Assembly (NCBI GenBank): GCA_964035575.1
Contig: OZ037837.1
Coordinates: forward strand, 1,240,001 to 1,304,000
Length of the DNA: 64,000 nucleotides
Direction of reading: 5' to 3'
Source of the DNA: Rhynchopus sp. YZ270_cl-10
Lineage: Eukaryota
Position numbers and translations under genes: made by a program. Below, one piece after another: positions 23,401-34,395 of this stretch. Below the pieces are notes generated by a model, which saw only the letters and a list, made by a program, of their open reading frames with translations, did not search any database and was not told the origin of the DNA. Every line of letters starts with the position of its first letter. Positions within the stretch are counted from its first letter, which is position 1.

Positions 23401-25645
23401 GAGTGTTTGCGTCCTGAGAACAAGACAGCAAAGGACGATACATTGGACAGGCAGAGCTTCGTGCGCACAGACGAGTGTGACGTGTTCTTCAGCCGTGAGT
23501 CTCAGATGCTCCACGGAACGGAACGGGAGGCAATGTTGCACGATCTGATGGACACTGTCAGACCTGTGAATGACAGCGCATCTTTCAAGATGCAGGGTGC
23601 AAAGGGACAGGTGAGGAACCATGGTGCGTGCACCCTGCCGGAGGCTGTGCCCAGTACGTACCGCCCAGGGAAGACGTTTTTGAGTGGGTTGAACCGCAAG
23701 AAGCGTCCTGAAGGGGATCACACTGCAGAAGGCATGCCAAGACCACACGGTGACGAACTCCCAAACATCCCGCACGTGGAACTCGCGGAGGATTGGGAGA
23801 AGGATATAGATGTGAACGATGTGGTCACTGTTTCGGGAGCATCCATCCAGGCCTACCACGACGAGCACACAGACGAAGACGCGTTCTTCAAGACGATAGT
23901 CAAGCATGCGCGTGACACACCTGAGGAGTGCCCCCCGCCTGTGAGCGATGTGTACGGAAGGAAGGAGTTCCGCATCACTGTCGGGGAGGTGCAGCAGCTG
24001 CTGAAGACAACCACGATAGTCACGTCGCCGTCCCTCCCACTGCGTTTTGTGCAGTGTCTGATCGGCTCGTTCACGTCTGCGAAACAGCGTCTGCTGTTCT
24101 TCAGAGTATTCCGTGCAACGTCGTTGCTCAGCATCGGCAATAAAAAAGATTGGGAACGTGCGAAACGGATTATCAGAGATGCTGTGCAAAGTTTTGTTGC
24201 AAGGGACGAACAAGGCCTAGACTCTGCACGTCGTGACCTGGATGCACGTGGCGATACGAGAAGCTACTACATCCATCTGCTTCTCCTCAGCCTTACTAGA
24301 CAACAACTTGAGTATCTGGACGGCAACCTTGATGACGACGGTGCAGAGCCTATTGAAGTCACCCGTGACAAGTTCACATCGTGGATGGCCACCGTACAGG
24401 CGGAACCTGCACACTACGGCTTCACCTCAAAGGAACATGCGAGACAGACGTTGGCGAAGTCGCTGGTCGAACTGAGCACAGAAATGTGCGTCTCGCAGCA
24501 GGGCTTCTCCTTCACCTCCGGCACGGACGGTGAGCACAGCCAGCTCTGTGAGAAGACGCACCACAGCATCGCCATCCTTGTGGCCACTGGGATGAACTTC
24601 TGTGACCGAAGACCCACCCTGCGTGAGGCACCAAAGTACTTCGTGAGAACAGCACGTGAAGGAACAAAGGCACACGAGGGCTGGACCTACTTCCAAGAAG
24701 GGAAGGAACGTGAATTTGTGGACCGTCTGAAGGTGCTGTACACATGCATCTTCGAATCTGCAAGGAAACAGCGTGTGCGGAACATGTGTGCCATCCCTGT
24801 GTATCTTGCTACTTATTCTGCTCGCCTTGGGTTTGAGCTGAAACTTGAAGTTGCAGAAATGTACTTGCGTGCGCAGTTCGAACTCCTTGCAGAACAGGAT
24901 TGGGGTTTTGAAAACGTATGCATGCTCTTTGTCTTGCTTTGTCTCACTTCTTGCTCTTTCATGTATGCGATACTGTCCTCCCCTCCTGCAACTAAGAAGG
25001 AGGACAGTCAAGCTGTCTGAATGGCGGCCACACTAAAGCAACAGATTATCAAGAACAAGAAAACAACAGCAGCAGAAAACCAAAACCCCATCTTTGTTTC
25101 AAAGACTTTATTGTGTTCCTCTTTCACATTACCTTTAAATCACTGCACAACAGTACTGGTTGAGGGCTCAGGATGACACCGATATGGCACGCCGCATCTT
25201 GAAGAAAGGACTGCACGAGTGTGGCGACTACAACAACGAGGCACAGGGGTTGTATTTGAGGTGCAACATCGTTTTGCACAAGAAAGACGCGAAGTTTCTT
25301 GCAGTACGCCTCGCGCAGCTGAAGAAATCACCTTCGCTTTTGTCCCCATCTGAATCGCCGGCACTGCTGCAGGGACAGCACGGCATGTTTTGGGAGGAAG
25401 CGAGGGATACCTGGTACACGGACGGAGCAGACTGGGCGGCCACATCGACAGGTGCGCTGATGAACTACAACATTTCGAAGAAGGCACTTAACCTCGACTT
25501 TTCTGCATTGAACAGCACCAGCTCCGTTGCCGATGAAGGTGATGAAGACTTCGCTGCAGTTGGAAGACGGATGAATCGGCCGTTGCGGGCTTCGCGTTGC
25601 AGTGGAGGAGACGATAGCGCAGCTGCACTGAACGGACGTGGCTAG
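17428..25645 (+). CDS. Giant multidomain protein: RIIa/Dpy-30-like docking helix, R-S-E ADP-ribosyltransferase, RI-type LRR, ankyrin-like segment, degenerate second ART-like region, macrodomain-like C-terminus; predicted intron 24916-25153
   Basis: 7.5-kb open frame from ATG 17428 (YAKQHSILKLVDELVNELLQHKPCDPLAHL); ART motifs CYRG (~20026), FSSTS (~20101), REEEWLF (~20230); IRNNGVGVEGAELLLQAL; GTATGC..ACAG phase-0 intron joins in frame to ORF 25154-25645. Confidence 0.82.
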
Positions 25646-26538
25646 CGTACCAACAAAGGCGGAGGGTCTTATTACCGTTTCCGTAAAAAATGTTGTGTGT
25701 TTTGCTTTTGGTATATTTTCCCTGCATCAGTGTTTTGATCTTTTTCGGTTTTCCAACCAAGAAGCAAAGTCTTCACTGCATGCACAGTGTTATGTTACCC
25801 TTTTTTATGTTCAGACAAATAATTTGTGGTGGTAAATGATTCAAACGAGAATTTTCTTCATTTCGTTCAGTTAGTCTGACTATTATTTTGCGATGTTTGC
25901 TGACTGTTCCACAGAACGGAACTTGTATGCGATATTTGCCTGGATTGGCAGCAATACGCATGTGCACGGAATACTACACACAACCTTTATAATTTCCTGG
26001 TCGCGATAGTTTTGCAAACTTTCCTGCAGTCAACGCAGGGAAATAATAATAAACGATACAGGATATTGGGTGGTTCAGTGATTCCACAGAACCGACGCCA
26101 TTGATGTGTCTCAACCAAAACCAAATCAATTAAAAAAGAGAGAGCGTTTGAAGTAAAGAAAATTGTTTTCGTTTCTTTTGACTGCATATCCATCTAAAAA
26201 GGGAAGAGTTTTATTTTCCCCTGTTTACAGTCTTTTGAGCAACAAGCAAAGAGTAACGAGTCTCTCGAGCCTTTTTGTACTCCTATTCTACAAAAGTGGC
26301 ATATTTGAGCCACACCACAAATACAAAATGCTTCTTGCCACCCCTTCATCACGCCCTCACCACCACCACCACCACCACCCCCACCAGCATTACAGGCATC
26401 CTTGCCTCTCTTCCCCACAACACACAACACACAACACACCTTTTCTTTCCTCCATACCCTCCTCCCCTCCCCTCCTTTTTCACTACATCCTTCCGTAGCC
26501 TTTCGTTTTCTGCCACCCACCCCCCTGCCCCCCTATCA

Positions 26539-27066
26539 ATGATGACCACTGCGGTGAGTGTCTTGGTGTTGCTGTCTTGCAATGTCCTGTGTTCTGCACA
26601 GGAGGTTGCGCATAACAGCACCGCCGTACCTGCCAGGGTGACCGCGGGGGGAGGAGGCGGGGGAGGGACCGATATTGTCTTCGTCCTTGTGGTGGCGTCG
26701 CTGTGTGGGGTGTGCAGTTTGGTGTTCGGGATTGGGATGGGCTTGGTGATCAGAAGGAGGAAAGAGGCGAGGGATCAGAGACGTGCCACCGCTGTTCAAA
26801 ACGCTGAGGTCTTTGTTGCAAGCGCTGACAGCACAGAGGAGGACATCCCGCTTGACACATACTCAGAACAGTTTGAAGTCTGCTCGGAGCTCTCGCATTT
26901 CGAGCTCGAAGGGGAGGCAGCCCACCCTCAGCACGCAATGGTGTCGTTAGATGCGATTCTCCAGAGCACGTCTCTCCACTCGATGACAAGGAAGCCAATC
27001 CCATTTCATGCTATCGACATGGATTGCGATGGGAGAGAGGTGTTTGGATCGGAGATAGTTGTGTAG
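26539..27066 (+). CDS. Small type-I membrane protein, 175 aa, unknown function
   Basis: Signal-like MMTTAVSVLVLLSCNVLCSA, NST sequon, Gly linker, hydrophobic IVFVLVVASLCGVCSLVFGIGMGLVI followed by RRRK, acidic tail. Confidence 0.75.
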   Translation: MMTTAVSVLVLLSCNVLCSAQEVAHNSTAVPARVTAGGGGGGGTDIVFVLVVASLCGVCSLVFGIGMGLVIRRRKEARDQRRATAVQNAEVFVASADSTEEDIPLDTYSEQFEVCSELSHFELEGEAAHPQHAMVSLDAILQSTSLHSMTRKPIPFHAIDMDCDGREVFGSEIVV

Positions 27067-27556
27067 AAGGAGGGGAGCAAAGAGAGGGGAGGAAGGGGAA
27101 GAGGGTACACCAAAAAAAGGGATTTTTAAAAAAAATATCTTAGGATTCCCCAAGCGGGTCTTTAGGCGATTGTCGACACAACAAAATAAACCTTCAATTT
27201 TTTGTTTTTCTTTAATTTTTTTGTTGATATGATTCAAAACAACAAGACACAGTCTAAATTCCCGAGGAAAGCTTTTAAAGGGAAAATGAGCAGCTCAGGA
27301 TTCAATGCTATACAAACTTTGTTTTTTCTTCTTCTCTTTTTTTTTGGTACACTGTCAGGGCTTTGTATTTCAAGTCAATTTTTTTTTTCCCTTTTGTCCA
27401 CAGTACACCCTTCAACCCTGACACAACACACACATAACAATATTGTACAAAGAAAGCGCAGTACGTACACGTACACACTGCGAATAAAGATACCACATGC
27501 GCTAAGGTGGGTTACAAGCGGCACATGGCTCAAATGGTGTTGTGTGAGTTTGCATA

Positions 27557-27706
27557 TGGGACAGTCCATAAACACCCCCCATCTAAAAGGTAACCTTTTG
27601 ATTTTTTTTTGCACATTAGATAACTTCCACTCGGACTTTTTGCTCAATTTTTGCTTCTTTGAACTCAGGATAACGTTTAGGTGGGGGGTGTTTATGGACT
27701 GTCCCG
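27557..27706. mobile_element. 150-bp MITE, TA-flanked (Tc1/mariner-type)
   Basis: TIR YGGGACAGTCCATAAACACCCCCCAYCTAAA; TA on both sides. Confidence 0.85.
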
Positions 27707-27941
27707 TATAAGATGTGGGGACATTCTACCATTTGAGATGCGCCCTATGAGTGTCTGTGCGACTGTGCGACTGTGTGACCTGCCACACATTTTTCCCTAT
27801 TTTTTTTTTAAAGGTGACTCAGCAACGAGAGGAACATAGGGTCATCTTAGAAACCATTTTTTTTTGAACGCCAAAAAGCCATAGCCTCAGGGATAGTGAA
27901 AGTCTCTCGTTATGGAGGCCTTTTGATCAATGATGATTGTA

Positions 27942-28106
27942 CACGACGTTGAAGTAAATTACTTTACTTGTGGTTTTACATGTCATTTTTTTTACTTTTG
28001 TGTTTAAGCTGTACGCTTACGTTTTTATGTGTACCACAAGTAAACTATTTTTACAAGTAAAATTACATGTAAAACCACAAGTAAAGTCATTTACTTCAAC
28101 GTCGTG
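27942..28106. mobile_element. 165-bp MITE, TA-flanked
   Basis: ~42-bp TIR CACGACGTTGAAGTAAAT.ACTTTACTTGTGGTTTTACATGT; TA on both sides. Confidence 0.88.
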
Positions 28107-28173
28107 TAGGGAAGGGAGGTTTCTCGTAAGTCGATAAGCGAGTTTGCGTCGTATTTTTTTCTTTTTTTTTTAT

Positions 28174-29112
28174 CAGTCCTATTCGTGGTCATTTACCCCC
28201 CCCCCTTTGGGTCGGTGAACCGGAAATTTTGGAAATAAGGGGGTAAAATAAGGGGGGGGGGTAAATGAGGGGGTAAGGGGGGGGGGGGGTAAATTACCAT
28301 GTTATGGGTTAGGTCATGTTTTTGGGTGGGAAGGGGGGACTTTTTCATACACGGTGGGGTAAAATTTTGCACAACACAGTGTGACAACACATGCTCTCAT
28401 GACAAATGTGTCATCTGAAAAAAATTCCTCACTTCCTTGCGACATCGCAAGCAGTCATGCATCATGGATCCACATCATCCACATCATCTTTCTGCCCGTG
28501 CCTGAACCATGACTGGTCAGGGATCACGGTGTTGCCTCAGATTCCGTGAGGTGTCCCAAACGTATCGCCCACGCAGCACAAACGTACCCACCTGCACCCA
28601 TCTACCTGCACACGTGATGTAAAACAGGGTGAAAGATTATTTGCACTTTACCCCTTTCCTCATTTCGAGCTTGTCTCCAGCTTCAAATCAGACGAGTCCT
28701 ACAGTCTCCGGATGTACGACCCGCTGAACACATCAGCCCCTCCCAGCAAGCCATAAAACAAAACAGGTATGCGCTGCACTAAGTGAAACTATTACCCCAT
28801 AATTACACGCCAGGTGGTGTTTTGCCACTCGTTCCCTGAACCCCCTCGCTTCGCTCGTGGGTTTAGGTCACTCGTGACAAAACACCACCTGGCGTGTTGC
28901 GGCGATAATTACCCAAAAATTACCTGGTGGCTGGTACTTTACCCCCCCAGGGGGGTAAAGTACCAGCCACAACAGGGTATTATAAGGGGGGGGGGGGTAA
29001 ATTACCATGTTATTTTGGCCTGAACCGTTTTTTTCTGAAAAAGGGGGTAAAATAAGGGGGGGGGGGGTAAATTTAGGGGGGGGGGGGGGGTAAATGACCA
29101 CGAATAGGACTG
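28174..29112. mobile_element. 939-bp non-autonomous TIR element with GGGGGTAAA subterminal repeats and an internal palindrome
   Basis: TIR CAGTCCTATTCGTGGTCATTTACCCCCC; AT on both sides (alternatively TCAG ends with TA); palindrome 28805-28897 centred on CTCGCTTCGCTCG. Confidence 0.88.
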
Positions 29113-32100
29113 ATATATTTTTCTTTGGTGGGAGTACACTGTCACGAGAGGGCTTTGTATTTCAAGCCAACTTTTCTTTTTTTTTAAAGGTGGCTAAGCA
29201 ACGAGAGGCTTAGGATCATCTTAGAAACTGTTCTTTCTTTTTTTTTGCTGTTGTTGTTCAATGTTTGATACAAAAGAAAGGGTGTACCTCATAACATATT
29301 CATCCTCGATATTGAGAGAGTAGGGGGGGTACACTTCCTAATTTCTATGTATTTTTTTGCCCTCAGAATCCATCAAAATACGGTATTTTGTGTTTTCTGA
29401 CGTCAACCTGAATACAGTGCTCCTTAACACTCTTTACCATTTTGATTTGTTTTTGTCTATTTTTTTTTTTTTTAAACTTTTTGAAACGGCTCACAACTCC
29501 CGCCATGGGTTTCCTGAAGAACTAAAAAAAAAAGAAAAAAATGCATATTTTGTTTGAATATGGATAAGTCAATTTTTTGAGTTGTTCCACAGTTTTGGTT
29601 TACCAAAACAAACAAACAAAATATAGTGGAGTTCATCTTCGGGTGTCTACACTAATACAACCAAGTTTTTCAAAAAAAAAAGAAAAAGTGGGCAATAATA
29701 TTTGGACAAGAATGCTAATACTCTTTCCCCTTACCCTCTTTTTTCCCCCTCCTCCTGTGTGTGGGTGATAGTCTTTGGCAAAACAAACCTCGTTTTTTTT
29801 TTGAGCTTTCATCCGGATGGCTGGCATCGTACGTGGGTCAGTCAGAGGTGTTTGCATCAACAACCACAGTTTTTCTTTCACTCCGGGGTTCGATAACCCA
29901 GGGAGCGTAAGTCTCTGCGTCCCAGAGGCGTTTTGCACTATCAGCTTCACCCTTTTTTTCCCCTTCCCCTCTTTTTTTCTCTTTTATTTTTCTCTTTTTG
30001 CGCACACCTTACCTATTATCTTAGCTTTGGGGTTAGTTAAAGTCTCTCGCTATTTTTTTCTCTCGATATTTAGGCTATGGGTACACGCTGCTTTAAATTA
30101 TTTTTTTTTCATCTTTTTTTGAAATCTTTTTTTTAGCAAAACGAAAAAAGCACATCAATATGGATGCTTATCACAGTAGGTAGGGGGGCCGACTCGCATG
30201 AAAGCAAAATTACTGAAATACTCCCCCCAAAAACAGGGTCCTCAAGGGGGTGCAAAAAAAAAATTTTTGCACCCAACGGCAAGCAGACAGTGCTAACAGG
30301 GACGCCAAAGATGGAGCTTCTTTTTTTTAGGGATAACTTCCCGGTACAGCCTGTCATTGTACCAAGATACACTGTCACAAGAGGGCTTTTGTATTTCAAC
30401 TCTACATTTCTTTACTTTTACTGCCCAAGCAGACAAAAAAAAACACTGTGAAAAGACGAGCTCTCTGTTCTGGGCACACCCTCTGAGCTGTCTTATTTGT
30501 GACTTTTATGTTGCGTACCTTGGAGTGTGTCCCTTTGGGTCCTTGAGCAGGTTTGAGGAGAAGCGCGGTCATCGTGAGCAGCCTTCCTCACCACTTTTGG
30601 GTTATAGGCGGGCCTCCGGCTCACCCTGGAGTGTGTTCCTTTTGGCTCTTTGGTGTCGTTTGCATGAAGACACCTTTTTTTTTTTTGAAGGGAGTGTTTG
30701 TTTTCAAAATAATAGTAGTCTGATGACGAAGTACGAGGCTTCGCCATCATGCAGAGGGTTATCCTAACCCTCTCACCCCCCCTTTATTTTGTGGGTAATT
30801 TTAGTGCACCCTATATTATACCTTCTGTTCAGTAGAATAGAAGGTGTATGAAATGTTTTTGTGGAGTTTCCCCCCCCCCAAAAAAAAAGTGCACGAAATC
30901 AAAGACACGAAAAAGGAAATGATTTTTTTTTTGACCTTTTTGTTGGATATGCCCCTCTCTTTTAGCGTTTAGCTTTTTTATTTTATTTATTTTATTTTTT
31001 TTTTTTTTCCTTTTCAAATTTTGAGTGTTTTTAGAAGCCAACGAACGAACGAGGCTGCTTGCATCTCAAAAAAAAAAAAAATAGGGGGAAAAAAAAGGGG
31101 GGATTTTTTTATTATTTTTCTTTACCTACGGACAATTCATCTGTTTTCTCCCCCTTTCCCCAAAAAGCAGAAACTTTTTGTCACTTTTTTTGTCCCCCTT
31201 TTTTTAAACTTTTCTTACAACCCCCGCCCTTTCCTAATTTGAAATGAGTGTGTCCCTAGGTTGCCTGCATCTATACCCTTGAAATTCATTAGCCTTCGGG
31301 TGACTTTGTGTACAGAACCCGTCTTCGGACAGGTGATTGTCGAAACTACAAAAAAAAACCCCATGATTCATTCAGGATATCGGGATGTATTCATAGTTTC
31401 TCTTTTCTCCCCCTTTTTTTACAAGGTGATTAGTGAGCACAAGAGGCTTCAGGATTCATCTTAGCCATTTTTTTGACCTAAAATGAAATGCCAGTTCATA
31501 CAGGGCCACGCAACGCCAGTTTTATGGTGTTTCGGTGAGCGGCGCGAGACAGCGTGCCCCCTGCGGGTTGCGTATGGGTAGTGGTGCTGCCCAGTGCGCA
31601 CCCTCCATTTTCAAAAGGGTGTGTCCTTTGTATCCTCTTCAGGTAAAAGACAAAAATGTGTTAACACACTACTCTGCCTCAGTACAGTACCAGCCTTTGT
31701 AGGTGCAGACACGCCATCCAAAGTACACAGTCACGAAAGGGATTTGTCTTTCACGTTTAATTCTTAGAAAGCATCAGACGTGTGGTCAGCAAATTTTCTT
31801 CTTTTTTTTCAATTTTTGTTTCTTTCTGAGGGTACATGTTTCGCACCCTCTTTACCTTCTTTCCGTTTAGAAAGTATATGAAATCATTTTTCGTTCTTTT
31901 TTGCGTGGCGTACCAAACTAAAAAGCTGAAAGTGGCTTTATTTGTCTTTTCTTTTTTTTTTTTTCAAAAAGAAATTTGGGAGCATTTTTGTGGATCCTTC
32001 TTCTTCCTGTGCTATCAATTTATTGAATGCATATGTTGAAATACTTTCTTTCAAATACGTACTAGGGAGGGGTGCCGTTCTATCCTTTTGATTTAACGCC

Positions 32101-33192
32101 GGATGTACGTTTCGAGCAGCGCAGCGCAGAGAAATGAAATATCATTTTTTTTTTTTTTAAATGCCACTTTTCCATTTTTTTTCCAATTCCATTTTCCCCA
32201 CCCCAATTATTATTTACTTCCCCTTTTTTTGTTGTTCTGTTTCAGCGTCTATTTTCTTTTGACGATGAAAAAAAAAGTGAAGTGCAAGAAACGAAAAAAT
32301 ACAATTGTATTTTTGTGGACTTTCTTTAAGCAATACAAAGCCCCTAATGTCCCCATATATTTCGCGACAATTTTCTGTGCTCGGGTCCCTTTCGAAAATA
32401 GCCGTACCCTCGGTATTAGATGCAGGTTATTCCTAACTCTGGAGCCTTTTTGCCGAAATTTCAGGGGCTCCGCTACCGTATAAAGTTCTGTTGCGGCGCA
32501 ACAGAAGTCTAAAAAAAAGAAAAAAAAAAAAAAAAAAAAATCCCATGGTTGAACCACGGGAGTACCATGGGGAACTGGGTTGCTGACCGCACTATCCAGT
32601 CTGTACCTCAATTTTTTTTTGCCTGCGGCGCCATTTTTCCTTTTTTGCTCCGCAAAAAAGGATTCTATGTGTGACACTGTGTTGTAAAAAAGCTAGATTC
32701 TTACACCGTACCCTACATTTTTTCGCCTGCGGCGCCATTTGTTTGATTTTTTTTGCTCCGCAAAAAAAAAAAAATTACAGTTCCCTATGTTCCCAATGTC
32801 CCTGGTCAGCAGTGCAGAAAAATTTTTGGGCACAAAAACAGCTAGCGCAGGGTGAAAAAAAAAACCCCGCAACAGAACTCAAAAAAAATCTGAAAACGTA
32901 GCGGAGGGGCTGCGAAATTTTGAAAAAAAAAAAAAAAAAAAGTCGAGCCTTGGGCTAAGTTGAACAAAAAAAAAAAAAAGAAGGATTATATTTTGTGCAA
33001 CCAAATATCAGCCTTTTTGTTTTCGGCTAGCCAACTCTGCAACCGCTTAACGAAATCATACGGTATGATTTCCATGCGATACAAATCGTTAACATGACAC
33101 TTTAAAGAATTTATAATTTCTCGCCTTGAGACTCTACGACCTGGCGGTGGGCCCGTCTGCGATCGATCTCATGCGCCTTGATGTGTCTCTAC

Positions 33193-33241
<49 letters not shown>

Positions 33242-33558
33242 CTAGGTGGTAGAGACTAGCCAAACCCACCTTCCCCCCCCCCCCCCCCCCCTCCCCCCCT
33301 GAGAAAAAAAGCCCCCCCCCCCCCCACCCTTGCCTCTTTGTCTCGGTTGGGGTGCTTCCCGCCCCTTCCGGCTCTCCGCATGCCATCTTCTTCGTCCTGC
33401 CATGGCACTGGGTCTGCCTGGATGAGAACTACTTACCTGGCTGTGCCGTCACGACACTGTTTCTGACGGAGAGAACGTCTGGACTGGGCCTCTGGGTGTC
33501 TACCTCTACTGCTAAACATTAAGTAATCTATTCGGACTACCTCTACTGCTACTACTGA

Positions 33559-34188
33559 CCACTCTTGCACTAGGTCTGCCTGAGTGAGCATCTGGTTTAG
33601 ATCACTGGATGACTACTGCTACTGCTACTGCTACAATAACCACTCTTGCACTAGGTCTGCCTGAGTGAGCCTGGTTTAGATCACCGGATGACTACTGCTA
33701 CTGCTACTGCTACAATAACCACTCTTGCACTAGGTCTGCCTGAGTGAGCCTGGTTTAGATCACCGGATGACTACTGCTACTGCTACTGCTACAATAACCA
33801 CTCTTGCACTAGGTCTGCCTGAGTGAGCCTGGTTTAGATCACCGGATGACTACTGCTACTGCTACTGCTACTGCTACTACTAACCACTCTTGCACGAGGT
33901 CTGCCTGAGTGAGCCTGGTTTAGATCACCGGATGACTACTGCTACTGCTACTGCTACTGCTACAATAACCACTCTTGCACAAGGTCTGCCTGAGTGAGCC
34001 TGGTTTAGATCACCGGATGACTACTGCTACTACTTCTGCTACTACTTCTTCTACTACTTCTGCTACTACTTCTGCTACTGCTAGAATACTGCTATTGCTA
34101 CATCTAACTCCTCTGCACTAGGTCTACCTGGTTGAGTGCGACTTGTGATTGCTAAACCGTTCACGACACGTGATCTGCCTGGATGAGA
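33559..34188 (+). repeat. ~80-bp tandem repeat (about 6-7 visible copies) in the 5' region of the retrotransposon
   Basis: Unit CCACTCTTGCACTAGGTCTGCCTGAGTGAGCCTGGTTTAGATCACCGGATGA(CTACTG)nCTACAATAA starting at 33559, 33640, 33719, 33798, 33884, 33969. Confidence 0.93.
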
Positions 34189-34388
34189 NNNNNNNNNNNN
34201 NNNNNNNNNNNNNNNNNNNNNNNNNNNNNNNNNNNNNNNNNNNNNNNNNNNNNNNNNNNNNNNNNNNNNNNNNNNNNNNNNNNNNNNNNNNNNNNNNNNN
34301 NNNNNNNNNNNNNNNNNNNNNNNNNNNNNNNNNNNNNNNNNNNNNNNNNNNNNNNNNNNNNNNNNNNNNNNNNNNNNNNNNNNNNNNN
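34189..34388. other. Assembly gap, 200 N
   Basis: N run. Confidence 1.
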
Positions 34389-34395
34389 TCACACC

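Noticed and set aside
17526..25011. Long antisense and alternate-frame ORFs over the giant gene (likewise over 58081-63386 and 34512-37316)
   Set aside because: Shadow ORFs expected from GC-rich codon usage
29805..29912. Possible isolated exon ending at GTAAGT
   Set aside because: No partner exons or recognisable peptide; needs RNA-seq
30720..30760. Hammerhead ribozyme (CTGATGA)
   Set aside because: No GAAA core or three-stem arrangement; only a simple hairpin
33559..34188. CRISPR-like array
   Set aside because: The apparent spacers are the same CTACTG microrepeat, there are no cas genes, and the array lies inside a retrotransposon
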